Notes under the pieces: model-generated
Seen by the model: the letters and a program-made list of their open reading frames with translations, nothing else
Told to the model about the DNA's origin: nothing
Databases searched by the model: none
Shown here: positions 35,786 to 49,225 of the stretch, one piece after another
Layout of the letters: every line of letters starts with the position of its first letter
Numbering within the stretch: position 1 is the first letter of the stretch
Origin: Vicugna vicugna
Taxonomy: Eukaryota
Length of the DNA stretch: 64,000 nt
Reading direction: 5' to 3'
NCBI GenBank assembly: GCA_013265495.1
Contig: MU058636.1
Coordinates: 5,305,741-5,369,740, forward strand
Made by a program: the position numbers and the translations under genes

Positions 35786-37188
35786 CTGTTTGGCCTGGTC
35801 AGAGAGGCCCCCACTCCAGAGTCCCTCCTTTCTCTGACCCCAGTGGCTTCGGACTCATTAAGAGATGCTCCATCTCTTTCCATATCACTGGGAGTCGTCC
35901 GACCTTCGGAGACGGAGTTGCCTTCGAACTCTAAGGTGATCTGATTGGGAGACGTGAATGCGCAGAAGCCAGCTTCTCCAGCCAGCGCATTTTGTGTCTG
36001 CAGCTCAGGCAACATGTTTTTTGACCAGTCATCCACTACCTCTTGGAGCCCATTGACATGATGCAGAATGTCATCCAAGTGAGGGAAGAGATCGTCCTTC
36101 TCCAAGTCCAAAAGGTCTCCGGTGCTGGCGTACAGGTGGGAGCCGGGGACGTTGTCGTAGATGCTAACTCGGCTGGCTCTGTGGCAGGACGCCATGAGCC
36201 TGGGCTCCCTGGCCCCGGGGCCCGGCTGTCTGCCCAGGGAGATGCTCCCAGTCCTCCAGTTAACCTCGCTGCTATTGTCCATTGGCGAGAGGCTTTCGAT
36301 AGAGAGCGCCTTGGGGAACGTTCCTGGCTTGTGATCCTTGGGAATATGCACCACCAAGTTCTCTTGGGAATGAAACTCCTGTGCGTGGTGGTTTTGGTCA
36401 CCTGCGGCCCGCAGTGCTGTCCCCGCCAGCACGTCCAGGTCTTCTAAGTACATGCCCCCACGCTTGTGGGCTTCCTGGCACCTCCGTTCCTTCAGGCCAG
36501 GCGTGCTCACCCCACTACTGCTGTTTTCCGACGGGCTGCTCTCCCCACTCCATTTGCTGGAGCCAGAGAGCCCTTTTTTGCTGGCGTCAGGGGACGAGCT
36601 CTGGAGATGGCCATTTGGGATTTGGACGCACTGCATGGCCTTGAAGGACTCGGGCTCCTGCTGCAGCACCGGCCCGCTGATCACCAGGCCCCCGGTCCGC
36701 CCCGACCCCTTATGCCTTCCCTGCGCTCCTTTCCCTCGCAGCGTTTCCATGCGCTTCAGAAACGATTTGGCTCTGGTCCTGGCGGGCTTCTCATTCTTTG
36801 GGTGCAGAGGGTGGTGGAGAAGGTCTCTGGGGGACTGCGGGAGGCTGCCGCCGCCCAGCGCCGCATCCAGCATGGCCGGGCCGTCGGCGCAGGGCCGCCC
36901 GGGGCAGTCGAACCCCTCCCGGCCGGCGCCCTGGCCGCCCGGCTGGCCGCGGCCGTCGCTGCCTCCGCTGCTTTCGCTGTGAATGGAGCAGACCTCGGGC
37001 TCGCTCAGGTCGGTGAGGACGCTTTCACTGCTGGTCGTGTTTCTCATCCTAATGTCTCCCGACGACCCGTTTCTGTCCCCTCCGGGAAAGAGCGCGTGGA
37101 GGTCGTCCACGCGAGACCACCGGCGGCTGGTTCTTTGGAAAGTCCATTTGTTGCTGAGGCAGAGGTCTTCCTCATCGGAGTCGTCACC
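35786..37188 (-). CDS. STARD13: STARD13 exon 5 (1403 bp; serine-rich/focal-adhesion-targeting region, GDDSDEEDLC...GASLTRPNR)
   Basis: Lies within ORF 35773..37326. Acceptor TTCCAG|GGT, donor AACAG|GTTGGT. Contains SIYDNV and LDDIL motifs. Confidence 0.97.
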
Positions 37189-40100
37189 CTGGAAGACATC
37201 AAGGAGAAGGCGCGCTTGGAGGTGGCTGGGATGGCGACTGCGATCGAGGTCAGCATGGGCACGGGACCCCCGCCTCCTTTTCCTCTCTCCTCCCTTTCTC
37301 GCGTGCTCGCCGGGCTCCCTGGGCACCTTTGCAGGGTCCCTCCACCCTCTCGACTGCCCTGCGCACCCTCTCCTTCCTACTGGCTGGAGGATCCCTTCTC
37401 AACCTGCCAAGCTCTCTCCCTTTAGTTTTCCTTCCTTCCTCTCTAAGAAGCTTCCCTGACTGATTACAAAAAGGATGTAATTACCATCTGACTACACAGG
37501 CTAAATATAAAACACCTGCAGTTTCCCTTTTCGCACAGAAACTTAATCCTGCCATAAAAGGCACTTACTTCTTTCCTGAAACCTTTTCACGGAGCCCAGG
37601 GACCATATACTCCAGCTCCTCTCTTCAGAACCTCACAGTCAGTATACCTCGAAGCTCACACTCCTTGGTCTCCCAAACTTGATGCTTATCATATGTTCCC
37701 TGTATACGTTAACAGCAAAATTATCTCTGAATTCCTGGAAGTAGAAACTTGGGAGCTGTTCTAGAGACCCCAGTGGAGGAGAGTCCAGTCCCGCCTGAGC
37801 TGTGGGGCCAGCCGTCTTGTTTTTAATCAATTCTGGAGTGCCTTCGGCAGGACACGTGTGTCTGGGTGCCGTGGCCCCATGGCTTTGGCCTGCCATATGC
37901 ACTGCACCTCACACATTTATCTTGCTTGTCTGGGTTCTGCCTGAATTTGTAGCGCCTGAGAGAGGAGAGTCTGGGTTCCCTGAGGCCAGAGATGGCCTTG
38001 TTTATCTTTGCAAATCCCTCCAGCCCAGCATAGACCTTGACATATAAATAATTTCCTCCTGGGATGAACTGAATCATCGACTCCTTCCTCCTCCTCACCG
38101 TGCACATTACCAAGACCCCACTCTGAAATGATTCTCTGATCTGCTCTTTCATTCATATCTTCACTCCCATTCCCTAGTGCAGGCCCTTGGCACCTCTCTG
38201 GGTCTATTACAGTAACACCCTGGCCAGAATCTTGTCTCCGGCACCTTCCCCATCTAAACAGCTTTCCACAGTGTAATCCAAATACGGTCATACAATTTCC
38301 CAGCTTAGAAGCCTTCAGTTTCTCTTAGCCTCTCTAAATCTTTCGTATGGCGTTTAAAGTTCCTTCAACCTGATTGCAGTGTACTTTTCTTATTTCAGCT
38401 TTTCCTCCTAATTTGCCTGCATTCTGTTCCCTGTCAACTGTGCCCCAACATCAGGCTCTGTCACAGGATTAAGAGCCTAAAGGGTATTCATGGTCCCCAC
38501 TGCTGAGACCGTCCTTCCCTGGTCCCTGACCATTCTGGGGTACTCAGCTCATGTGCCTCTTTGGAAGCCTTTCCTGACGGCCCCAAGACGAAGACTGTAC
38601 TTCCCCCTGAGCTCCTATAACATCTGGTTTAGCTCTTTATTGTAGCACTTACTATAACGCTAACTTAAACTCATTCACAAGCACCCACTCTCAACTGTTG
38701 TAAGCAAGCTTATCAAGAACAGGGCCTGTGTTTCTGCGTTTTATTCATATTTATATTCTCCCCAATGCCAAGCACATAGTAACGCTCAATATTTTGTTGT
38801 TGTTAATTAAATGAATTTAACTTGATTTTATTTTACTTTGGCATCTGGTTCTAAGACCTGGTTCCAAGTGCTAGTGGTACCAGTTAGACTTAGGTGACTA
38901 AATGCAAGTTGCTTATCTGTCCAAAGTAAGTTTCTATCATTTATGAAAAGGGACCAAAAATAGGCCCTGCCACTTAGGTTTGCTGAGGGGATTAAATGAA
39001 GTAATGCATTTCCTCATTGCTCACTGAGGAGCATCTGTTCGTTTGTAATGTTCCAGTGTTCGTTCAGTCGCTCGTGTACCGCCTGTACTGCTGATCTATC
39101 CTTTTACACATCTGGCATCCACCTTAACTTCTCTGAATTTTGCAAAATATTGTTTTTAAGGGAAAAAAAAAAAAACCAGATGCTCAATCAGTACATGTGG
39201 GATCTTCCCATTCTTGCTTCTTCCTTGAAAATCTAGATTCACGTGAGTTGGACCTTGTAAGTGATAAATTCAAACTTTCAAGTAGCAGGTGGAAGAAAGT
39301 AGAAAGCCATTGCACTCACAGAGACTTCCACAGCTCTGGGAGCACAGTGGGAAACTGGCTTTGAGTTTTAAAAGAGTTGTAGAAAACTTTGGTGAAAGAG
39401 TTTAAAAGTTGAACAAATGGAAAAAAGCAAGACTCTAGGATGACAATTCAAAAATATACTTTCTTTGTAGCGTCTGCTACTTGTTCTTTCCCTGTGATTG
39501 AGACAATGACCCCTGACATCTGCGCCATTTAAATATCAGGTACGGTGATACGGAGTTTATTGGATCTTCATGTCGCATTTCAGGAAGCTGGTGAGGAGAA
39601 GTCGATATTAAGTGAGAATTCTGAAAAAGCCTTTTAGCAAATAGTTTCTGAGAAGGCAAAAGGATATGTTTTTAAAGAAAATATAGATATTTTAAAATAG
39701 AAACTACAATATTTAGTGTTGGCTCCAATGAGCTCTCTAAAGCGAGCCCAAACTTGGTTACTGATCCTAGCAAACCACATACTGGGGGGATAAGGACTTC
39801 TTTATGTTGGTTTAGAAAAGATGCCAACCTGGGCACTGCGGTCTGGGGATGGAAAGCCTGCCCCTGTCTGCTAGGCTCTAAGAGTTTATTATACTAGCTC
39901 TGGGCAAAAAGATATTTACAACCCAACCAAGGCATATGAAAATGTGGTAAACTCTTGAAAAAAAAGGCAAACAGTTCAGGGAAATTTTGCAATATTTAGG
40001 TTGATTGAACCAAAACAAACAAACAAAAACCAAAGGAATAAAAAACAAAAATAAAACAGAGACAAAAGAAAAAAACACCCATCTCCTTTAGCGCTCTGTG

Positions 40101-40214
40101 CACACAGCTATCACAGGATGTCCCGGGGGTGCTGACGTGCTTCTGTGTCTGTTCTTCCCACTACTGCAGGATTTTTGAAACTACTGAGACTGACACACAG
40201 TAAGAAACACATTT

Positions 40215-40500
40215 TTCAGTTACACGATGAATAAGTACTAGGGATGCAATGCGCAACATGGTAAATGCAATTAACACTGCTATATGTTATATATGAATGA
40301 TGTTAGGAGCATAAATCCTAAGAGTTCTCATCACAAGAAAAAACACTTTTTTCCTATTTCTTCATTGTATCTATATGGGATGATGGATTTTCAATAAACT
40401 TATTGGGGTAATCATGATGTATGTAAGTCAAATCATGCTGTACACTTTAAACTTATACAGTGCTATGTCAATTATATCTCAATAAGACTAGGAGGGAAAG
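40215..40500 (+). mobile_element. LINE-1 (L1MA-like) 3' end
   Basis: ATCCTAAGAGTTCTCATCACAAGAAAAA...TGTACACTTTAAACTTATACAGTGCTATGTCAATTATATCTCAATAA. Confidence 0.8.
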
Positions 40501-41948
40501 AAGAAAGTGATCCATATACAGCACTTAGAATAGTATATGGAACATACTAGCTACTGATAAGAAAATACGTTTTCTGTCACAACTCAAAGCATACATACAA
40601 ATTACGCTAAAGCTAAATAAACAAGCAAACAAACAAATTCATGTTATCAGCATTATCTTTGTCCTCTGATGTTTTATATTCTAGTTTAATCTATTTCATT
40701 TAAAAAAAAATGTTGTTTGCAACCCACCAAATTCATCTGACAACCCACCAATGGGCCATGATCCACAGCACGAAAAGCAGGCTGTGCTAGAGTTTTACTG
40801 TTTGTACACACTCAGCACCCAAGGGACGAGCGGGCATATGGCAGATTCCCCAGTCATGATTGTGAAGGTGTACTGATTGTTTAAGAGATTATCAGATTTC
40901 ATCTGTTTGATATTTTTTTGAGGCTAATAAATTAGTTTTTGAGTATTTAGAAATGCAAAGTGGAAATCTGTAGGAGTCAGATGTGTTTATGAGAAAAGGA
41001 CACACCAAACTAATCTTATTCTCCTATCTCCATGGCTTGGTAACCCATGGAAATACTCTGGACAGAGAGTGTCTGGATTTCAGCCAGGAACTGACAAAAG
41101 GCTCTCACGATACTTCTGTGGTCAAGACGGCAACGCTGGAGGCTATGGGGCGTTTTGTTAGTAGCTAGTTGAGTAACTCCATCAGAGTGTGATCAAAAGA
41201 CTGAAGGCAACTGAGGGAGAGGTCTCTGGGAGATGCCTTCAGGTGATGTCTGTTTTAGGAACAACCTGAATGAGTCAGAAGAATTCATATGTGAAGAATT
41301 CAAATGTGAAGATGGCATGAGGTTATTCACGAAGGGATCTTGAGCAAGACCCCCTCTTTCAGATTTTATTCTCTCAGCTGGAAAATGGAAGTGATAACAA
41401 TAAACATCTGGCACGGTGTGTATCACAAGCAGATGAAATTACATGTGAAAATGCCAGATAAATCTTAAAAAGTGCAAGACAAAAGTAATTATTGTTGTTA
41501 GACAATAGTGATATTGAGATACATGAAGATCCTAACAAAATTGAAGGATGACCTGTTAATACGATGAAATTTCATGAAGTAACATATAAGGACCCGAACT
41601 TCACAAGTCTATCATAGGACATGCAGGATGGAACAGACTTCATCTCTATTAATAGCCTTTAAGAATGGTAGCAGATTTAAGATTAATATGACTTAACTGG
41701 GTGACGTGGCTGCCAAACTAAGACAGCCACCTTGGGATGCCTGACCAGAAGCCTGGATCTCAGCCCTGCCGTGTTCTGCACGGGTCATGTATATCAAGAG
41801 TAACGGGCTGCATTTTAAGGAGCACATTGAATGGGATGTATTTCTAGAGAAAAATAATCAAGATGGCCGAGGATCTAAACACCACAACCCCCTATGAAGG
41901 ATAACTGGAAGAATTAATAATTTTGTATAGAAATAAGAAACTCTAAGC

Positions 41949-42900
41949 AGTGCTACTAGAAGTGCGATCGAGGGGCTGCCAGTCCCCAAACTTACCAGTC
42001 TTCAGTGAGATAAGTTCAGACATTGAGAGGAAGCATTAAAACTGTCATCATTTGGCAAGGCTGCGCTATCAAGTTCATGATCAGTGGATCTGTCTTACTG
42101 AATAGGGTTGAGACCAGCTTAGGAGTTGTGTGTAGTAGGTCCAAGTTACAAAGTACGATATTTCAAGATTAGTTTACCCAACATAATCCAAAGTGTACAA
42201 TGTACAGGATCCAGTGTTTTACAGAAAGAAAATTGTAGGAATTGGCTAGTGATGAAGGATTGAAGATGAATTTTGAAACTAGACCATGACTTCATTTTGA
42301 ATAAAAGGTAAAAAAGATTAGCCAAAACTTTAAAAAATTACTGTAAAAAATTCTTCTTTGATTCCAGTCAACAAATTCTGTGAGACTAGTTTCTTTATGA
42401 CTAGTATTAAAACAAACAAACATTTCAGATGCATATTTTCCCCTGTGAGTAGTGTTGTCAATCTAACCTAAATTAGATAACAAACAAAAAAACTCCGTCA
42501 TGAATACTCATAGTGTTTGAAACGTTCATAAATACATTTAATATGAGGAATTGCTATTTCAAACTAAACTTTTGGTTTAGTTCTGACAGCTGAACAACAA
42601 AAGAGTTTAAAGTGCAGTTGTGATTCTTCATATTAATTGCCTAAATATAAACTTTTAATAAAAAAAGAACTTTTTTTGTAATACTTTTCTATTTCCTGTT
42701 ATATTTGTTCCAATTATATTTATTGGAATGCAATTTTGTATCTGTAGAGTTTAATAAAACATTTAGGTTTGTATTTTCTATAACCTTTTATCATTTCATA
42801 TTTCTAATCATTGTAGTGAATTTTACAAAAATACCTTGATCAGTGGCAGACTGGAAATTAAAAAAAAAATCAGTCATTCATCATAGTTTGAGAAACTTTG
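41949..42900. mobile_element. hAT-Charlie DNA transposon remnant (Charlie4-like)
   Basis: Starts CAGTGCTACTAGAAGTG and ends AGTTTGAGAAACTTTG; AT-rich interior. The subfamily call is tentative. Confidence 0.55.
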
Positions 42901-42914
42901 TTTGAGGTTGAGCT

Positions 42915-43090
42915 GAAGTCAGGAAACATTTTGTAAAGGGTCAGATGGTAAATCTTTTAGAGTTACAGAACATACAGTCTGTTACAACTTCTCAACCCTG
43001 CCTTTGTAGCCAAAAGAATAAGTGTGGCTTTGTTTTAATACAACTTTTTTTTTTTTTACAAAAACAGGAACAGTAATTTGCGGACCCCTA
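42915..43090. mobile_element. MER58A-like hAT-Charlie MITE
   Basis: TTTGTAAAGGGTCAGATGGTAAAT...ACAACTTCTCAACCCTGCCTTTGTAGC...TTTGCGGACCCCT. Confidence 0.75.
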
Positions 43091-46000
43091 GTCTAAAGAA
43101 AGGAGAAATCCATATTCTTTGCTTCTTCGGAGAAAAGATGGGCAAGTTTACATCAAGTCAGCATTTAGTTTATCATATGGAAGACTTCTAGTAATTAGGA
43201 AAAAATATATTGCCTTGCAACACAGTGAACTCATGTCTAGATGTTTATAAACAGAGGCTGAGTGAATTGTGAGAGTTGCTGTAAAAGTACATCCTGAAGT
43301 GGACGAGAGGCTGGAAAAGATGACTGAAGGTCTCGTCTAACTCAAAGATCCTATTGTTCTAGGACATTCACATGCATCAGTCTTCAATTTAAGACGGTTT
43401 TCATACTCTCCAACCAAGTGAATGGTAGAACAAAATGTAACTTCTCTCCCTTGACTCTGCTATTTGGGGCTGCCAGGACGTGTCTTGTTTGGTGGGACAT
43501 TGGGGTTGGGAAAGGCTGTGCGGGGGAGGGGGAGGGGGAGGCGGAGCCTGGCCCCTGGACGACAGCTGCAGCTCCTTTGACATGCCCTGGGCATCTGGCA
43601 TCTGGGCCAGGAGGTGCCGGCTGCAAGCCGGTGATTAGTCATGGTTTCTGTGTTGTTTTCCACCTTTGGTCATGATTTCAGAGAGCTTTATTAAAACTAT
43701 AACTTTAACCAGAACTTTCTTTTTGAAGCCGCTCTTTCTTCCAGCTGTAAGAGGAGGCTAACCCATAGTTGGATGGAAATTTAGCGTATCTTCCATTAAC
43801 GTGACCTGGAGGGAGTGGCCAAGCCCTCCTGTTCACAAGCTTGGAAGGGACATGCCACTTTCAGCGCTGCACGGGGAGGAGCTGGAAGCCAGAGGCGCAT
43901 CTGCTGATCTCAGGCTTCCTGGAAATGCCTCCTGGTGGGGGTTTAGTAAGTCTTCCAGTGAGCTGGGGGCCATGACTGAGGACACTTCTCTCCACCTGAC
44001 TCTCACAGGGAACATAATCTCAAATCTTTAAAGGACCACTTTTCTCTTCTGCACAATGGTAAGGCACTACCTTGTGGGAGGCAGGTGTGATTTTGTTTCT
44101 CCTGGTGCTTTATAAGTGGCATTTGATGGACAACAAAAATGCACACCTAACTAAGTATGAATGAGGCCAAATTCACCATCCTCATCTATTTGTGGACTTT
44201 TTCTTTTCTGGCTTAGGTCAACCCACCAAACCCTTCAGAGTTAAAAAAAAAAAAAATCAAAGGAGAACCAAATTCAAAGCCAAGCAATGAGATTCATGAC
44301 TCATTCACTACAAGAGATCCAGAGATAAATTTCCATGATGACATTAAATAAACTGTGGACTTGAGTAGGGCTGGCAAGAAACATCCCTTTCCTAAAAACA
44401 ACAATAAACTACGTAATTGTATGTATCGGTGAGGAAACACTTCCAGGTCTTAGGCCAAGGGCCAGAAGCTCATGTCAATATGTCTGAATACCTCTGAAAG
44501 GTCGGTGGGGGTGGGGTGGGGTGGGGCAGTTTGTGGACAGAATAGCTGGGTTCAGATCCCGCCTCTGCTGTTTCTGCTTGGCTTTGGGCAAGTTACTGAG
44601 CTTCCCTGTGATTTCTGCATCTGTGACAGGGGGTTAGTGTTGGAGGAGGAAGAGCACCTGGCAGAGAGCAGGAACTGGGAGAGTTTGCCAGCCACACCAC
44701 AGAGAGCTAAGTGGGCACACACAGCCCTTCAGAGGCCCAGTGGCCCTGAAGGGAGAAGAATGACTGTGGCCGTGGATGGTTAAGCCATCTGGGGATGACA
44801 TTCTGCAGAATTAAACATGTCTGGGCCCCTGAGGATTAGAGATGAGCATTATATTTCTATCTCTTGGGTTGATTAAAATGGGGACATACCCAAAGGAAAT
44901 GCTACTGTCTTTTTTTTTTTTTTCCTTTCCAAACAAACGAATTCCAAAGTTGGTTGAAGCTTCCTGGGGTGCTTGGTTCTCAAGTTTCACTTTCTATTTG
45001 TGATCATTTGGCTTAGTCCCAGCCTGTATTTATTTTTTGTATTTTTCTGTAGTAAAAAAAACGACGAGCCTATGACTTGTGGAAGAGGCACGGAACACAT
45101 GCCACCACCAGGGTCTCCCGCGTAGGGGCTTAGACCACAGCCCCAGAGGGGCTGGGTCACAAGTGGTTGGAGATCACCCACTGGATTTATTAATTTCAAA
45201 ATTCAGGCCACGGGTCCCCAGATTACAATGTGAAAAGCCACATTTTATTCAAGGGCACGCATCTGTAGGGCCTGGAGCTAAGCAGGGGCTGTGAGGGTGT
45301 GCGCCGCTCCCCAGCATACAGAGTAAATGAAGAACACGAGAACACTGCAGTGAGCAGTTCACGGAGGTGCTTCTGGGAAGGTGACGCAGAGGGCCTAACA
45401 AGCGTTACTCAAGCCCGTCTCACGTGTGGGTTCTGAAAGCTGGTCAAGAGGCAAGAATCCAACAATACCACTTGGTTGAAAACTGTGCTGTGCAGACCAG
45501 CCACACAGGCGTGGCTGCGCTGGGTTTAATAAGAACCATGTGTTACAACCAGAACAACAGCTGACCCTCCTGCTTCAAACAGAATGTATGCCTCTCAAGG
45601 GGTCTATTCAGCCAGACAGCTGTTGGGACGTTTATTCCCACATTTTTAATTTATCTTCGGCCTGGACAAATTGCTCATGTTTTAATATGTCTCTGGGTAT
45701 TGTTTTTCACCGCTTTACTTCCCTAGCTCAAATCTTTGGTTACTACCTCAAACCCCAAATTGTTTTGAAGGTGAGGTCAACCAAAATTCATTTGCACTTT
45801 TTTTGGGTGCGATTTTAGAGCAGAAATTCAGGTTAAAGTTATTTTTAAAGATTAGGTTACCCAGGAGCGACTTAAAATCCATGGGCTGTAATGACTTCTC
45901 TGTGTACCAGAATAAAGAACACTTTCTTTTGACTGAGAGATGTTTTCTCTGCTTTTTCAAAATATATTGAAGCTTGACTTGTTACCTACTGGAGATGTGA

Positions 46001-46922
46001 AATGAAAAAAGCAGTAAACGCTCTTAATTCTGAGTTTCCTAAAAGGATCAGTTCAGCGAGAAAGAGAGGTCCTCAGCGCAGTGGTCAGGGGCCTCGGCTT
46101 TGGAGTGAGACACACCTGAGGTTGGAAGCGCGCGCCTCCACTGGCTGGAAGATCATGAGCGGTGACTTAACCTGTCCAGGTTTTACTTTCCTTCTCTAGA
46201 AAACAGAGGAGCCCTGTCGCAAGGGATTAAATGCCATAACCCAGCTCCCGGGAAGCAGTAAGTGCTTGGTGAAGTACGGCTTTATTTCAGACCTGAAGTC
46301 TCCAGTCTCCACGGACAGAAGAGCACATGCTAGGAGAGGGAGGGAGCAGGTGGCTCATAAAACTGAAGAACATGCCCCGTGACTAGAGGACAGTGCTGGG
46401 GGGAGGATGGTGGGAGAAGGGGCAGCTTGCGAATCCTGTTCTTACCCTCGCCCTCCGCCCCTCCACCACGATGAAAGGACCCTGCCTGAGCATGAACGCA
46501 TCCTGAGCTGCCCTTGAGACAAAAGGCACAGGAAGAAAACGAAGCAGAAAACACCTGGCCTGGCCCCGAGGATTCTTTGCTGTGTTCTCTTACTCTGCGA
46601 ATCACGGTGGAGACTTTGAGTCTGACATGGAGTGGATACTGACAACTAACAAACCCCTGAAGGATTACCGCAAACAGCTAAGGCACTTTTATATCTTCAT
46701 GTGAACGCTCTGATAAAAACTACAGCAGAATGAAACAGTGAGACAAGCAGACGTCAGCCTAGGTTTATAACGGGCTTGCTTACGATGGTTCTGACAAGAT
46801 GGGGTACTTGGAGAACAAACATAGATGGTCAGGCATTTCAGAACTTTGCTTTGTTTTTCATCTGTGAATGCAAGCTTCTTTTATTGGTGTAGCCACAGCC
46901 TTAGTAAGGTGTAGACACCTAC

Positions 46923-46986
46923 CTTTTTCCTTTGGAAGTTCACATCAAGTTTCATTGAGGCACACTTGTTCAACGTATTGAGTCGT
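46923..46986 (-). CDS. STARD13: STARD13 exon 4 (64 bp; RLNTLNKCASMKLDVNFQRKK, end of SAM region)
   Basis: Read by hand because it is absent from the ORF track. Acceptor TTTCAG|A, donor AAG|GTAGGT; phase 0 into the next exon. Confidence 0.95.
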
Positions 46987-47420
46987 CTGAAAAGAAAGAA
47001 AAATGTGATGATTGCTACCACTAATGAATCTCAATCTTCTTTCCAGTTTGATAATTCTCATACATTGCCAAGCTGAAAGTGCAGAAACAACCAATCACGT
47101 CCCGAGAAAGGACTGCACTCACAGAAGGCATATGGGTAAAGGGTTCCCATCGGTTCTCCAGGCTCCAGACCTCAGGCAACGTTCCGTGAGGCCTAGAAAC
47201 CCCTGCCCCTTTCCAGCCATTTCCTGGCTTCCCTTTCCCCTGTTTTTGGAACCCACGGGCCGTCAGTTTAGCCATAATTTCCCCAGCCCCTCAATTCATC
47301 TGCCACCATGACCTTCTACCCAGTCTCTCCTGCTAATCCCCAAACTTGGATCAACTCTACCACCTCCTCTCCTGCTGTACAAGTGGGAAAATTACTCACA
47401 TTACAGTGTTGAATTATAGA

Positions 47421-47783
47421 TGCCATGGACTGAATTGCCCTCCCAAATCTCATACATTGAAGCCCCAAACCCCAATATGATAGTATATGGAGTAAGAAGT
47501 AATTAAGATGAAATGAAGTCATAAGGTGGAGTTCTGATCCAATAGGATTAATGTCTGTGAAGGAAGAGACACCAGAGCTCTCCCTTTCTCAGTCCTCTGT
47601 GGGTGGACACAGCAAGAAGGTGGTTGTCTGCAAGCCAGGAAGAGTCCCTACCAGGAACCGAGCCCTGCTGACACCTTGATCTCGGACTTTCCAGCCTCTA
47701 GAATTGTGAGAAAATAAACCTCTGTTGTTTAAGACACCCCAGTCTGCGGTATTTCGTTATGGCCGCCTGTGCTGACTAATACA
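47421..47783 (+). mobile_element. MLT1A/B-type MaLR solo LTR
   Basis: TG...CA ends; TGCCATGGACTGAATTG...ACACCTTGATCTCGGACTTTCCAGCCTCTAGAATTGTGAGAAAATAAA...GACTAATACA. Confidence 0.88.
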
Positions 47784-47981
47784 TAAATTTTGAAATTCTC
47801 CCTCAGCTGGGCTCCTCAAACTGCTGCACAGCATTTATTTCATTTTTCCCGTCTCTGGTCAGCATCCATTCTCAGATCATGAGAAAGATCCCAGTCCCTC
47901 AACAGATGACTTAGCCACCAGTGCCAATGAGAAAATACAGCTTCAGTCACTAATTCTTTTAACAATTCTTTCCTTCATCAT

Positions 47982-47998
47982 CAAAAAAAAAAAAAAAA

Positions 47999-48029
<31 letters not shown>
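47982..48029. repeat. Poly-A run followed by an (AG)n microsatellite
   Basis: Directly visible. Confidence 0.9.
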
Positions 48030-48030
<1 letters not shown>

Positions 48031-48523
48031 TGTTGTTATTCTTTTTCAAAGCTAACCCTTTATCATGTTTTTTATTTCAACATCCACCACTTCACCTGGG
48101 ACTTGGATACCTCATTTATTTCCTCTCACCTCAGCAAACTCTCTGATGGTTAGGGAGTGAAGTCAGCCAGATACAGACAGGGGAGTGGATCAAGGGCTCT
48201 ACCTACTTGAAATAGAATTTCAATCAACCCTCTTCTTTTTGCTCACCTTCAATCTCACTTCACATTTTTGATTTTTAGGATTTCTGTAGTGAAAATTGAG
48301 TTATTTCATGACTTCCTCCACTGACCACTTACATTTTGTTTTTTGGGCTTGCCACGTCCTCTACTACATATTTCTGTTTTTCCGCTTTGAAAGTTTTGTA
48401 ATTGTGATCTCTCTCTCTGTATGGACATTTGCCTTTCTAAAGAAACATCTCTCTGTAAATTAGTAGGAATTTAGAAGCAGAAAATTCAGATGTAAAATCT
48501 CCCATCTTTGACCGATGACCTTT

Positions 48524-48828
<305 letters not shown>

Positions 48829-48869
48829 TTCTAGTTATGCATAGATCTTAAGTTTTCAGTTTTGGCAAC

Positions 48870-49225
48870 TGAAATTACCCTCGAACAAGGTAAATAAGAT
48901 TTCTTGACGTCAGAAAGTTCTTTTGTGCTCCTTTACTGTCATTCCCCACCTCCTCACCACTCCCAGGAACAGCCTCTTTCTGATTTCCATTATTCATAGA
49001 TTGGTTTTGCCAGTTCTTAGTCATCATATAAATGGGATTGTACAGTATTTTTGTGTGTCTGGCTTTTCTCACTCACCACAATGCTTTTGAGATTAACTTG
49101 TGTGGTTGAGTATGGCAGGAATCATCATTCCTTTTAATTGCCGAGTAGTATCCAATATCCCTAATGAAGACATATAATTGGTTTACCAGCTAGATATTGG
49201 GCTCTTTCCAGTTTTGACCAATGAC
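48870..49225 (-). mobile_element. Old L1ME-like 3' fragment
   Basis: TTGGTTTTGCCAGTTCTTAG...ATAAATGGGATTGTACAGTAT...TGTGTCTGGCTTTTCTCACTCACCACAATGCTTTTGAGATT. Confidence 0.75.

Larger units (their letters stand above)
11540..46986 (-). other. STARD13: STARD13/DLC2 gene, 3' portion (exons 4-14 by human numbering plus 3'UTR); the 5' exons lie outside the window
   Basis: Eleven spliced exons give a serine-rich region with SIYDNV, a RhoGAP domain (GLFRKSG...DVADMVKQFFRDLPEPL), a START domain and the C-terminus EGPETKI, matching STARD13 rather than DLC1 or STARD8. Exon phases are consistent throughout. The 3' end is approximate. Confidence 0.97.

Noticed and set aside
37189..37326. 46-codon upstream extension of the exon 5 ORF (MPREPG...)
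   Set aside because: It starts at GTG rather than ATG and runs through the pyrimidine tract and AG acceptor, so it is intron read-through.
36466..37425. 319-aa plus-strand ORF and other overlapping ORFs antisense to exon 5
   Set aside because: These are shadow ORFs of a GC-rich coding exon, with low-complexity A/G/R/P composition and no recognisable domain.
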